DNA of 64,000 nucleotides from Escherichia coli (GTDB lineage Bacteria; Pseudomonadota; Gammaproteobacteria; Enterobacterales; Enterobacteriaceae): NCBI RefSeq assembly GCF_016903815.1, contig NZ_CP069973.1; one strand, 5' to 3'. Shown piece by piece: positions 1 to 9,830 of this stretch (position 1 is its first letter; each line of letters starts with the position of its first letter). The notes under the pieces were generated by a model. It saw only the letters and a program-made list of their open reading frames with translations, ran no database searches and was not told where the DNA came from. The position numbers and the translations under genes were made by a program.

Positions 1-1615
1 CGGCGAACTCATCCGCATCAGCAGCCCGCGACAGACCCGGAGTTACAGCTACAGCGACTCCGGCAGGCTGACCGGCGTCCACACCACCACCTCAAATCTG
101 GATATCCGCATCCCGTATGCCACGGACCCGGCAGGCAACCGCCTGCCCGACCCGGAGCTGCACCCGGACATCACCCTCAGCATGTGGCCGGATAACCGTA
201 TCGCCCGTGACGCGCACTATCTTTACCGGTATGACCGTCACGGCAGACTGACGGAGAAAACCGACCTCATCCCGGAAGGGGTTATCCGCACGGATGATGA
301 GCGGACTCACCGGTACCATTACGACAGTCAGCACCGGCTGGTGCACTACACGCGGACACAATATGCAGAGCCGCTGGTCGAAAGTCGCTATCTTTACGAC
401 CCGCTGGGCCGCAGGGTGGCAAAACGGGTGTGGCGGCGTGAACGGGACCTGACGGGCTGGATGTCGCTGTCACGGAAACCGGAAGTGACCTGGTACGGCT
501 GGGACGGCGACCGGCTGACCACGATACAGAACGACAGAACCCGCATCCAGACGGTTTATCAGCCGGGGAGCTTCACGCCACTCATCAGGGTCGAAACCGC
601 CACCGGTGAGCTGGCGAAAACGCAGCGCCGCAGCCTGGCGGATGCGCTTCAGCAGTCCGGCGGCGAAGACGGTGGCAGTGTGGTGTTCCCGCCGGTGCTG
701 GTGCAGATGCTCGACCGGCTGGAAAGTGAAACCCTGGCTGACCGGGTGAGTGAGGAAAGCCGCCGCTGGCTGGCATCGTGCGGCCTGACGGTGGAGCAGA
801 TGCAAAACCAGATGGACCCGGTGTACACGCCGGCGCGAAAAATCCACCTGTACCACTGCGACCATCGCGGCCTGCCGCTGGCGCTTGTCAGCACGGAAGG
901 GGCAACAGAATGGTACGCAGAATACGATGAATGGGGTAACCAGCTGAGTGAGGATAACCCGCACCAGCTGCAGCAGCTCATCCGCCTGCCGGGTCAGCAG
1001 TATGATGAGGAGTCAGGCCTGTATTACAACCGCCACCGCTATTATGACCCGCTGCAGGGGCGGTATATCACTCAGGATCCGATTGGACTGAAGGGGGGAT
1101 GGAATTTTTATCAGTATCCGTTAAATCCGGTTCAGTATATAGATTCAATGGGACTGGCATCTAAATATGGACACTTAAATAATGGCGGATATGGAGCGAG
1201 ACCCAACAAACCGCCTACGCCCGATCCAAGTAAGTTGCCAGACATAGCGAAACAATTAAGACTGCCATATCCTATTGACCAGGCCAGTAGTGCGCCTAAT
1301 GTTTTCAAAACATTCTTCAGAGCATTAAGTCCTTACGATTACACACTGTATTGCAGGAAGTGGGTAAAACCCAATCTGACTTGTACGCCGCAGGATGATC
1401 CCCAGTATCCAGGGATGGAGACAAAGACAGCAAGTGATTACCTGCCACAGACAACTTGGCCAACAACTCAATTACCACCAGGATATACTTGTGCAGAACC
1501 CTATTTATTCCCAGACATTAATAAACCCGATGGGCCAGCAACAGCAGGGATAGATGATTTGGGTGAAATTTTAGCTAAAATGAAACAGAGAACATCGAGA
1601 GGAATAAGAAAATGA
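1..1615 (+). CDS. rhsB: Rhs family polymorphic toxin, 3' portion (YD-repeat core end plus divergent C-terminal toxin tip); 5' end lies outside the window
   Basis: Frame 2 is open from position 2 and translates to Rhs core motifs ([55 protein letters not shown]). The PxxxxDPxGL-type boundary lies near 1120-1157, followed by an AT-rich ~150-aa tip. The rhsB assignment is by locus context only. Confidence 0.85.
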   Translation, partial: GELIRISSPRQTRSYSYSDSGRLTGVHTTTSNLDIRIPYATDPAGNRLPDPELHPDITLSMWPDNRIARDAHYLYRYDRHGRLTEKTDLIPEGVIRTDDERTHRYHYDSQHRLVHYTRTQYAEPLVESRYLYDPLGRRVAKRVWRRERDLTGWMSLSRKPEVTWYGWDGDRLTTIQNDRTRIQTVYQPGSFTPLIRVETATGELAKTQRRSLADALQQSGGEDGGSVVFPPVLVQMLDRLESETLADRVSEESRRWLASCGLTVEQMQNQMDPVYTPARKIHLYHCDHRGLPLALVSTEGATEWYAEYDEWGNQLSEDNPHQLQQLIRLPGQQYDEESGLYYNRHRYYDPLQGRYITQDPIGLKGGWNFYQYPLNPVQYIDSMGLASKYGHLNNGGYGARPNKPPTPDPSKLPDIAKQLRLPYPIDQASSAPNVFKTFFRALSPYDYTLYCRKWVKPNLTCTPQDDPQYPGMETKTASDYLPQTTWPTTQLPPGYTCAEPYLFPDINKPDGPATAGIDDLGEILAKMKQRTSRGIRK

Positions 1616-2181
1616 AAAGAGCTTTGTTCTTTTTGCTGATGATATTCGTTAGTTTTGGTGTTATAGCTAATTGCGAAACACAAGCTAAAGATCAAGATTG
1701 CTTTACCATTTTCACTAAGGGTACTATTTTTTCCGCGTTTCCTGTCTTAAATAATAAAACCATGTGGAGATGGTATCAGAATGAGGACATAGGTGAGTAT
1801 TATTGGCAAACAGAACTTGGTATATGTAAAAATAACAAATTCACACCAAGCGGGGCGAGACTCTTAATTCGCGTCGGATCACTACGCCTTAATGAAAATC
1901 ATGCAACCAAAGGAACGTTGCAGGAGTTGCTAAATACAGCAGAAAAAACGGCGTTTCTCGGCGATCGGTTTAGAAGTTATATAAGAGCGGGTATCTATCA
2001 AAAAAAGAGCAGTGATCCAGCTCAGTTGTTGGCAGTCCTTGATAATTCAATCATGGTTAAATATTTTAAAGATGAGAAGCCAACTTATGCTCGAATGACA
2101 GCACATCTCCCGAACAAAGATGAGTCTTACGAATGTTTAACAAAAGTACAGCATGAACTGCTTCGTAGTGAAGAAAAATAA
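1612..2181 (+). CDS. Putative cognate immunity protein of the Rhs toxin tip (189 aa, N-terminal signal peptide)
   Basis: Start ATG overlaps the rhs stop (ATGA). AT-rich. N-terminus [19 protein letters not shown] is hydrophobic and signal-like. Position immediately 3' of the toxin tip is typical of rhsI genes. Confidence 0.6.
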   Translation: MKRALFFLLMIFVSFGVIANCETQAKDQDCFTIFTKGTIFSAFPVLNNKTMWRWYQNEDIGEYYWQTELGICKNNKFTPSGARLLIRVGSLRLNENHATKGTLQELLNTAEKTAFLGDRFRSYIRAGIYQKKSSDPAQLLAVLDNSIMVKYFKDEKPTYARMTAHLPNKDESYECLTKVQHELLRSEEK

Positions 2182-2349
2182 AATCTCTTCCTGAGAAAAT
2201 AAATTAACTATTCGAAAAAATATGTTCTTAATGGGTATCCAGGAACACCAGAAGGTCGATTTGGAAAAATGGATTCCGATGGTAAGAATATCATATATTC
2301 TGAATGTAATGTTTTACCCACAACTTTTGAGATTCGATAGGTGTAGAGC

Positions 2350-2697
2350 ATGAGAAACTCACTAATATTACTTATTATGATATTGTTTACAATATCACAC
2401 TCAGTATTTGGAAAAGAAAATTCAGTGGAAATTTTAGTAAATAGTCGTGAAATGGCTTTGGAATTATCATATGTTTATATTAAATATATATACGGGAAAG
2501 AAAAAGCAGAATTTCAGAAACCATATAGTATTACAGATGACAATAATTGTTGGAAAATCGAGGGAAAACAACCGAAGACGTTAGGAGGAAATTTTACAAT
2601 ACTAATAGCGAAAAAAGATGGGCAAGCGTTGGATGTAATACACAAAATAATCCACTGTTCAAACGATTCAAATATTTTACCAAGGTGTGTTTCATAA
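2350..2697 (+). CDS. Small secreted hypothetical protein (115 aa), immunity-type; paralog of ORF 4296..4562
   Basis: ORF with signal-like N-terminus MRNSLILLIMILFTISHSVFG. Shares the block ALEL-x-YxK-x-YG...KPY...W-x-EG with the 4296 ORF. Confidence 0.5.
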   Translation: MRNSLILLIMILFTISHSVFGKENSVEILVNSREMALELSYVYIKYIYGKEKAEFQKPYSITDDNNCWKIEGKQPKTLGGNFTILIAKKDGQALDVIHKIIHCSNDSNILPRCVS

Positions 2698-2894
2698 CTA
2701 TTTTGTGTACAATATGACTCTACATATCGACGAAAAAACCACTTGATTTGACAGGAACACATTCAAAAAAATTTCTTTTTCATTTCAGGAGCGATTTTCA
2801 TCTGTTACTTGAAGTATCTGTGAGATTAAGTGACTCCCCCTAACGTCGTACTAAATAGTAATTACTGGCCATACCGGGAGCAGTATTCGGCGCT

Positions 2895-3150
2895 TCCCAC
2901 ATGCAGCAGAATAACCGCATCAGCGAAGATGTATTGTATTTTTACTATCACAATGTGTACGGACGGTTTATGGAAAAGAATGAACATTAGATACGCGATG
3001 CGGCGGCAGATTACACGGTTATCACTACGATAGCCAATACTGGCTGGTGCATTACCGCCGTGAACAATAGGACGCCGTACTGCTGGAAATTTCTTACCTT
3101 TATGACTCCCCGCACCGCCGTATCGGGAAACGGGAAGCAGTCAAGATGAG
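2895..3150 (+). pseudogene. Vestigial rhs core fragment (degenerate, frameshifted)
   Basis: Nucleotide and translated similarity to the main core region ~200-430 (YHNVYGRFMEKNEH vs [30 protein letters not shown] vs [24 protein letters not shown] vs LYDPLGRR), interrupted by stops. Confidence 0.6.
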
Positions 3151-3199
3151 GCTGATATAATGTGTGGAATGCCTGAGTATTTTTAGAATAGAGGGTAAT

Positions 3200-3564
3200 A
3201 TGTTTGATAGAATATATCTTGGTGATCGACCAATAAAAAAATTGAATTTGATTTATGGAGCAAACAAATTAGAATTCAGGTGAATTTAATCTCAAGGATA
3301 GCCTATGGTACAACAGAATGGAATTTTTATAATAATGAAGACTTAGAAAATGGTTATTTAGTATTTACCGATGTTACTTTCTTTAATATAATACCTAATG
3401 GCTCCATTCCAGATGATTATATAGTTTCAATAATAACAGATAAAGTCAATGTTGAATGTTTTGAATCAACTATAGTTGCTGTTGGTCAAATTCGAAACAC
3501 AAATGTTGGTGACATTGATAATATTGGTGAATGTCAAATTCTCATCAGGTATAAAGACCGCTAG
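3200..3564 (+). pseudogene. Hypothetical small protein gene, apparently split by a frameshift (27-aa ORF 3200..3282 plus ORF 3280..3564)
   Basis: RBS GAGGG before ATG 3200. The short ORF stops where the 94-aa ORF begins in another frame. No recognisable family. Confidence 0.3.
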
Positions 3565-3848
3565 ATTGAGAATAAACTCAAAGAAAAAATAATTGAATAA
3601 CCATGTCAGTTATAGACATTTTAGATGGAACGAACCAGAGAAGGTCATGCCTCCGAGCTGGGTTATGTGGACACGGAGCTTTAGCGTAGTGAACTCAACG
3701 AAGCAAGCCGGAAACCTGCCAGCCCTTATCAGCACGTAAGGGACAACAGCGTAGTACGCAGAATAATCCTACCCACGTAGTATGGACACAGGCCTAAGCG
3801 AGGTTCTGGTTTTCAAATTTTTCAGGAGTTAGATGATTGGAGGAACAG

Positions 3849-4214
3849 ATGATAAGAATCGCATTTTTAATAACCAATAAATTTCTTGAGATAGATAGTA
3901 CCACTCTTGCTGGATATGATTTTAGCGGGATGAATCTACATCGTGCCACCCTCAATGGTTATTGTCTTGATGGGGCGAAATTTGAAAAAACTCATTTAAG
4001 AAATGTAATGATTCAACATACATCAACTAGAAATGCTGTCTTTCACAATGCGGCTCTGATGAATGCTATTCTGAATAACTCAGATTTCACTGGAAGTGAT
4101 TGTAGTAATTCAAGGTCAATAGGTGAAAATTTTAAAGCAATAGATAATCATGGGAAAGATATAATAAATGGAAAAGGATTGTCTAATGTTTGCAAAATAC
4201 ATGACAACGTATAA
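3849..4214 (+). CDS. Pentapeptide-repeat protein (orphan immunity-type)
   Basis: GGAGG RBS 6 nt before ATG 3849. Translation shows consecutive pentapeptide-like repeats (FSGMNLHRATLNGYCLDGAKFEKTHLRNVMIQHT...). Confidence 0.55.
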   Translation: MIRIAFLITNKFLEIDSTTLAGYDFSGMNLHRATLNGYCLDGAKFEKTHLRNVMIQHTSTRNAVFHNAALMNAILNNSDFTGSDCSNSRSIGENFKAIDNHGKDIINGKGLSNVCKIHDNV

Positions 4215-4295
4215 GAAAATATTATTCAGAACCTATGTGATTGTATCTTTGTTTTTACATACAACACATGGGCGCAGTGTAATAATATTATTATA

Positions 4296-4562
4296 ATGCG
4301 CAAGTATGAATGTGAGGGGAAATACACCGTTAGAAATTTGGTAAAAAATAAAGCTATAGCATTGGAATTAGCTGAGATGTATGTTAAAAATCGTTATGGG
4401 CATGATGCCGCAGAAGAAGAAAAACCATACAAAATCATGGAATTACCAACAAGTTGGATTGTTGAAGGCACCATTGAATCAGACCAAATTGCTGGTAGGG
4501 TTTTTATTATAGAAATAGGCAAAAATGACGGGAGAATTCTAAATTTTGGCCACGGAAAATAA
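4296..4562 (+). CDS. Small hypothetical protein (88 aa), paralog of ORF 2350..2697 but lacking the signal peptide
   Basis: ORF from the track; conserved block AIALELAEMYVKNRYG...KPYKI...WIVEG. No clear RBS, so it may be a 5'-truncated copy. Confidence 0.4.
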   Translation: MRKYECEGKYTVRNLVKNKAIALELAEMYVKNRYGHDAAEEEKPYKIMELPTSWIVEGTIESDQIAGRVFIIEIGKNDGRILNFGHGK

Positions 4563-4666
4563 GTATGTAAGGATAAACAAACATCGTGTGTGCTGATGGC
4601 AGAGTAGGTGGAGGACTCCAGACAGTCAAACGATAGAAAAAGATAGTCTTTATGGAGGTTCCTGCA

Positions 4667-5509
4667 ATGTCAAATACATACCAGAAAAGAAAGGCAAGTA
4701 AAGAGTATGGTTTATATAATCAATGTAAGAAACTAAATGATGATGAATTATTTCGCTTACTTGATGATCACAATTCCTTGAAAAGGATTTCATCTGCCAG
4801 AGTATTACAGTTAAGAGGTGGTCAAGACGCTGTTAGATTGGCAATTGAGTTCTGCTCTGATAAAAATTATATCCGTAGAGATATCGGAGCATTTATACTC
4901 GGGCAAATAAAAATTTGCAAAAAATGCAAAGATAATGTGTTTAATATTTTGAACAATATGGCATTGAATGATAAGAGCGCTTGCGTTCGAGCTACGGCAA
5001 TCGAGTCAACGGCTCAGCGATGCAAGAAAAACCCAATTTATTCACCTAAAATAGTAGAACAATCTCAAATTACTGCTTTTGATAAATCGACTAATGTCAG
5101 ACGTGCTACAGCATTTGCTATTTCTGTTATCAATGATAAAGCAACAATTCCACTATTGATTAATCTGTTAAAAGATCCAAATGGAGATGTCAGAAACTGG
5201 GCCGCATTTGCAATAAATATCAATAAATATGATAATAGTGATATTAGGGATTGTTTTGTGGAGATGCTTCAGGATAAAAATGAGGAAGTCCGTATTGAAG
5301 CAATAATCGGACTTTCCTACAGAAAAGATAAAAGGGTTTTATCTGTTTTATGCGATGAGTTAAAAAAAAATACTGTTTATGATGATATCATTGAAGCTGC
5401 GGGTGAATTAGGTGATAAAACGCTACTTCCTGTTTTAGATACTATGTTGTACAAGTTTGATGACAATGAAATTATAACTTCCGCTATTGATAAGCTGAAG
5501 CGTTCATAG
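4667..5509 (+). CDS. HEAT-repeat protein (orphan immunity-type)
   Basis: GGAGG 8 nt before ATG 4667. Translation has repeated D-x-x-x-x-VR-x-x-A-x-x-A-I/L motifs typical of HEAT/PBS-lyase repeats. Confidence 0.6.
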   Translation: MSNTYQKRKASKEYGLYNQCKKLNDDELFRLLDDHNSLKRISSARVLQLRGGQDAVRLAIEFCSDKNYIRRDIGAFILGQIKICKKCKDNVFNILNNMALNDKSACVRATAIESTAQRCKKNPIYSPKIVEQSQITAFDKSTNVRRATAFAISVINDKATIPLLINLLKDPNGDVRNWAAFAININKYDNSDIRDCFVEMLQDKNEEVRIEAIIGLSYRKDKRVLSVLCDELKKNTVYDDIIEAAGELGDKTLLPVLDTMLYKFDDNEIITSAIDKLKRS

Positions 5510-5535
5510 CGTGAGTTGCCTATGCACAGTGGGGG

Positions 5536-6516
5536 ATTCCCGCCGGCACGGTGCAGATGCTCGACCGGCTGGAAAGTGAAATCCTGGCTGACCGGGTGAG
5601 TGAGGAAAGCCGCCGCTGGCTGGCATCGTGCGGCCTGACGGTGAAGCAGATGCAAAACCAGATGGACCCGGTGTACACGCCGGCGCGAAAAATCCACCTG
5701 TACCACTGCGACCATCGCGGCCTGCCGCTGGTGCTTATCAGCACGGAAGGGGCAACAGAATGGTGCGCAGAATACGATGAATGGGGCAACCTGCTGAATG
5801 AAGAGAACCCGCAACAGCTGCAGCAACTCATCCGCCTGCCGGGTCAGCAGTATGATGAGGAGTCCGGCCTGTATTACAACCGCCACCGCTATTATGATCC
5901 GCTGCAGGGGAGGTATATCACTCAGGATTCGATTGGGCTGAAGGGGGGATGGAATTTTTATGAGTATCCGTTGAATCCGGTTCAGTATATAGACCCTTTT
6001 GGATTAGCTGATATGAATTTCTATGATGAGGGGATACGCAGAAATGTATCACTGCATGCTGCAACAGATAAAATAAATATTCCTGGCGTTTTTACTATTG
6101 GAGGACATGGATATCCTGGTTTTATTACAGATGAAAATGGAAACTATGAAACTGCTGAGGGAGTAGCCAAGAGAATCAGAGCTAATCCACGCTATAAAAA
6201 GGGAATGTCTGTTTGATTATTCTCATGTGGTACAGCCAGAGAGGGAGATAAATCTTTTGCCAGCAAGTTAGCCAGAGCACTTCATGCAAATGTCACTGGA
6301 GCTGATACACAATGGCAAGTATGGATGGCGTGGGATAATAATACTCCTCTTTTTAATACGATCCAAACAGGACTTACGGATAATATCTCGGCAATTGACA
6401 CAAGTAATAATGTCATAACTGGTAATAATATGGGCCGCTGGATAACGTTTGGACCTTCAGGTCAACCCATTTCTTCCACTCCTGGCAAAGTTATGAGACC
6501 AAGTGATATAAAATAA
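5536..6516 (+). pseudogene. Orphan rhs core-end plus C-terminal toxin module, toxin ORF interrupted by an in-frame TGA at 6214..6216
   Basis: 5536..5994 repeats main rhs 686..1144 at high identity by eye, ending in the DPxGL-type motif ([11 protein letters not shown]). A distinct AT-rich tip follows. The frame stays open for ~100 codons beyond the TGA, to 6516. Confidence 0.6.
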
Positions 6517-6529
6517 CAAAGGTGGCAAC

Positions 6530-7008
6530 ATGAAGTGCTTTTTATTTATTCTGATTGCAAATGTTTTCTTTTTCTCTTGTTGTTCATATGGAGGTGAAAT
6601 CCCCCCCCTATTAAGCTCCATAACATTGAAATAAGCTCAACATCTGAATCGTTTAATTTAAGTGAAAATCAAAGATATGAACTTGATATTAAATCTGAGG
6701 GCGGGGATGGTGATGCGTCATATCGATTACATCAATATTATACATATGTTTGCTTTAATATACCCAAGCAAATTAAATATCTGGCAAGGTCTGCATCTCA
6801 AGGAAATATCATAGCGCAATATAATTATGCTATGATTCTATCCTCAGAGGAGGATGATTCCTATTTAAAATATTATAATTTAGATAATGCAATTAATTGG
6901 CTGAAAATGGCTGCCTCACATGGCTATATTAAAGCCGAGGTTGAATTGCTAAGGCTTGAAAGGCTAAAAGAAACTATAAGGTTAGGGAAAGATCATCCAA
7001 TGCCGTAG
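6530..7008 (+). pseudogene. Sel1-repeat lipoprotein-like gene (putative immunity partner of the orphan toxin), frameshifted at a C8 tract
   Basis: RBS AAGGTGG before ATG 6530. Signal-like N-terminus MKCFLFILIANVFFFSCCS. The frame ends at 6632, but the +1 frame is open 6598..7008 and encodes Sel1-like repeats (AQYNYAMIL, NAINWLKMAASHGYIKAE). One extra C would restore a ~160-aa ORF. Confidence 0.55.
6601..6608. repeat. Homopolymeric C8 tract inside the 5' coding region of the Sel1-repeat gene
   Basis: Read directly: gaaat-cccccccc-ta. Confidence 0.9.
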
Positions 7009-7171
7009 GCACAAAGATGCAAGGCAAGATATTTTTCATATTATAAGCATAATGTTGTGAAAAGCGGGGCTGCGATTGTATTAAAGCCATTTTTCTGGCT
7101 TCTGAAGGCTGAAATTCAGTCATGATTACTCAGGCTCTGCGCCTCCATCAGACCACCGTTGATCACCATAT

Positions 7172-7180
7172 CCATGTGTT
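7172..7180. repeat. IS1 target-site duplication, left copy (CCATGTGTT)
   Basis: Same 9-mer directly flanks both IS1 ends. Confidence 0.85.
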
Positions 7181-7235
7181 GGTAATGCTGCCAACTTACT
7201 GATTTAGTGTATGATGGTGATTTTAAGGTGCTTGC

Positions 7236-7511
7236 GTGGCTTCCATTTCCATCAGATGTCCTTCCTGCTCCGCTACTGAAGGCGTGGTGCGTAACGGCAA
7301 AAGCACTGCCGGACATCAGCGCTATCTCTGCTCTCATTGCCGTAAAACATGGCAACTACAGTTCACTTACACCGCCTCTCAGCCCGGTACGCACCAGAAA
7401 ATCATTGATATGGCCATGAATGGCGTCGGATGTCGCGCCAGTGCACGCATTATGGGCGTTGGCCTCAACACGGTTTTACGTCACTTAAAAAACTCAGGCC
7501 GCAGTCGGTAA
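7236..7511 (+). CDS. insA: IS1 InsA (91 aa)
   Basis: Translation [43 protein letters not shown]... is recognisable as IS1 InsA; GTG start. Confidence 0.9.
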   Translation: MASISIRCPSCSATEGVVRNGKSTAGHQRYLCSHCRKTWQLQFTYTASQPGTHQKIIDMAMNGVGCRASARIMGVGLNTVLRHLKNSGRSR

Positions 7512-7933
7512 CCTCGCGCATACAACCGGGCAGTGATGTGATTGTCTGCGCTGAAATGGACGAACAGTGGGGCTACGTCGGTGCTAAATCACGTCAGCGC
7601 TGGCTGTTTTACGCGTATGACAGGATACGGAGGACGGTTGTGGCGCACGTCTTCGGTGAACGCACTCTGGCCACACTGGAGCGTCTTCTGAGCCTGCTGT
7701 CGGCCTTTGAGGTCGTGGTATGGATGACGGATGGCTGGCCGCTGTATGAATCACGCCTGAAGGGAAAGCTGCACGTTATCAGCAAGCGTTACACTCAGCG
7801 CATTGAGCGACATAATCTGAATCTGAGACAACATCTGGCAAGGCTGGGACGGAAGTCACTGTCGTTCTCAAAATCGGTGGAGCTGCATGACAAGGTCATC
7901 GGGCATTATCTGAACATAAAACACTATCAGTAA
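7430..7933 (+). CDS. insB: IS1 InsB (expressed as InsAB' transposase by -1 frameshifting)
   Basis: Translation ...[27 protein letters not shown]... is recognisable as IS1 InsB; overlaps insA in the -1 frame. Confidence 0.9.
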   Translation: MSRQCTHYGRWPQHGFTSLKKLRPQSVTSRIQPGSDVIVCAEMDEQWGYVGAKSRQRWLFYAYDRIRRTVVAHVFGERTLATLERLLSLLSAFEVVVWMTDGWPLYESRLKGKLHVISKRYTQRIERHNLNLRQHLARLGRKSLSFSKSVELHDKVIGHYLNIKHYQ

Positions 7934-7948
7934 GTTGGAGTCATTACC

Positions 7949-7957
7949 CCATGTGTT
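7949..7957. repeat. IS1 target-site duplication, right copy (CCATGTGTT)
   Basis: Identical to 7172..7180. Confidence 0.85.
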
Positions 7958-8114
7958 TATGAATAAAGGGCAGGGAAAGATCACGCAACGCTGCTTTTTT
8001 GTACTAAATAATTCGCACTAAATATTCAATAATTGAGATATTCCTTATTACCTAAAGCTGTTTTCCATTGCTTATACATGATCAAATACTCCTTACATAA
8101 TTAAGGAGAACAAA

Positions 8115-8601
<487 letters not shown>

Positions 8602-8702
8602 TGGTCAGTTCATAAACGCCTTATCCGGCCTAAAAAAAACTAAAATTCAATAAATTGCACCAATGCGTAGACCCTATAAGCTTACGCATCGGGCAACTGT
8701 AA

Positions 8703-9830
8703 TTACGCCATTGTCCCAATCGTCTTCCTAAATCGCAGCAGTGCGATGGTGAAAAACGCGCCGCCAATTGCCATCAGCGTCAGGAACTGCGGCCAGACGA
8801 TTTCGAATCCGGCACCCCGGTAGAGGATGGCCTGCGCGAGGCTAACAAAGTGTGTCGTCGGCATGGTCAGCATAATGTCCTGCACCATCTGCGGCATACT
8901 TTCGCGCGGCGTGGATCCACCGGAAAGCATTTGCAGCGGCAGCAGCACCAGAATCACCAGCAGCCCCAGTTGCGGCATTGAACGCGCTATCGTCCCCATA
9001 AAAATGCCGATTGACGTGGTGGCAAACAGACTGAGCGCCACGCCCAGCATAAACAGCGGGATCGAGCCTTCAATCGGTACGCCCAGCACGCCTTTTACCA
9101 TCAGCACCAGCGATAATCCCGATACCACCAGCACCACCAGCCCCATCGACCAGATCTTCGCCATCATGATCTCAAACGGCGTTATCGGCATCACCAGTAA
9201 GTGTTCCACCGTGCCGTGTTCACGCTCGCGGATCAGCGCCGATCCGGTCAATACAATCGCCAGCATAGTAATGTTGTTGATGATCGCCATCACCCCGCCA
9301 AACCACGCGGGATCGAGGTTCGGGTTAAAGCGCATCCGGGTTTCCAGCGATACCAACGGTTCGCTATTATCACGGTAGCGCGCGACAAAGCTGTTCACTT
9401 CACCGTTGATAATATTCTGGATATACCCATTGCCGGTAAATGCCTGGCTCATGCGCGTGGCATCGACGTTCACCTGAATATCTGGCTGGCGTCCGGCGAG
9501 GACATCACGCTGAAAATTAGGCGGAATATTTATCGCGAAGGTATAGCGTCCGGCGTCCAGCCCGGCATCCATCTCATCGGCGGTGATCATCTCCGGTGGC
9601 AAAAACCACGGGCGATAGAAGCTGTTAACGATCCTGTTCGATAACTGCGATTGATCCATATCGGCAATGGCGATCGGCGCGAGGTTCAACGATCCTGGCG
9701 TAACGGTCGCTGACGAATACACCGACACCGTAAACGAGAAGACAATCAGCGTCAGCATCGCTTTATCACCGAGCAAACTGCGCAACTCTTTGATACCCAG
9801 ATTAAAAATATTGCGTAAATGGCGCATCAT
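8703..9830 (-). CDS. yhhJ: ABC-2 family transporter permease YhhJ
   Basis: Start set at MMRHLRNIF with AGGAGG RBS. The ATG overlaps the rbbA stop (ATGA). Multi-pass membrane protein. Confidence 0.9.
   Translation of the reverse strand: MMRHLRNIFNLGIKELRSLLGDKAMLTLIVFSFTVSVYSSATVTPGSLNLAPIAIADMDQSQLSNRIVNSFYRPWFLPPEMITADEMDAGLDAGRYTFAINIPPNFQRDVLAGRQPDIQVNVDATRMSQAFTGNGYIQNIINGEVNSFVARYRDNSEPLVSLETRMRFNPNLDPAWFGGVMAIINNITMLAIVLTGSALIREREHGTVEHLLVMPITPFEIMMAKIWSMGLVVLVVSGLSLVLMVKGVLGVPIEGSIPLFMLGVALSLFATTSIGIFMGTIARSMPQLGLLVILVLLPLQMLSGGSTPRESMPQMVQDIMLTMPTTHFVSLAQAILYRGAGFEIVWPQFLTLMAIGGAFFTIALLRFRKTIGTMA

Larger units (their letters stand above)
7181..7948 (+). mobile_element. IS1 insertion sequence (768 bp, variant copy)
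   Basis: Terminal inverted repeats GGTAATGCTGCCAACTTACTGAT (left) and ATCAGTAAGTTGGAGTCATTACC (right). Contains insA and insB in the canonical overlapping arrangement. Confidence 0.95.

Noticed and set aside
470-964. Minus-strand ORFs (470..964, 585..776, 649..981, and 5377..5886, 5520..5831) overlapping the rhs core and its orphan copy
   Set aside because: They lie antisense to a strongly supported GC-rich rhs frame and recur only because the core is duplicated; shadow ORFs.
6325-6516. 63-aa ORF called as a separate small gene
   Set aside because: It is in the same frame as the orphan rhs tip with only one TGA between them; better explained as the distal part of a nonsense-disrupted toxin.
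7116-7355. 79-aa minus-strand ORF spanning the IS1 left end
   Set aside because: It crosses the IS1 inverted repeat and reads antisense through insA; the flanking minus-strand frame is closed by a stop a few codons outside IS1, so no host gene is interrupted.
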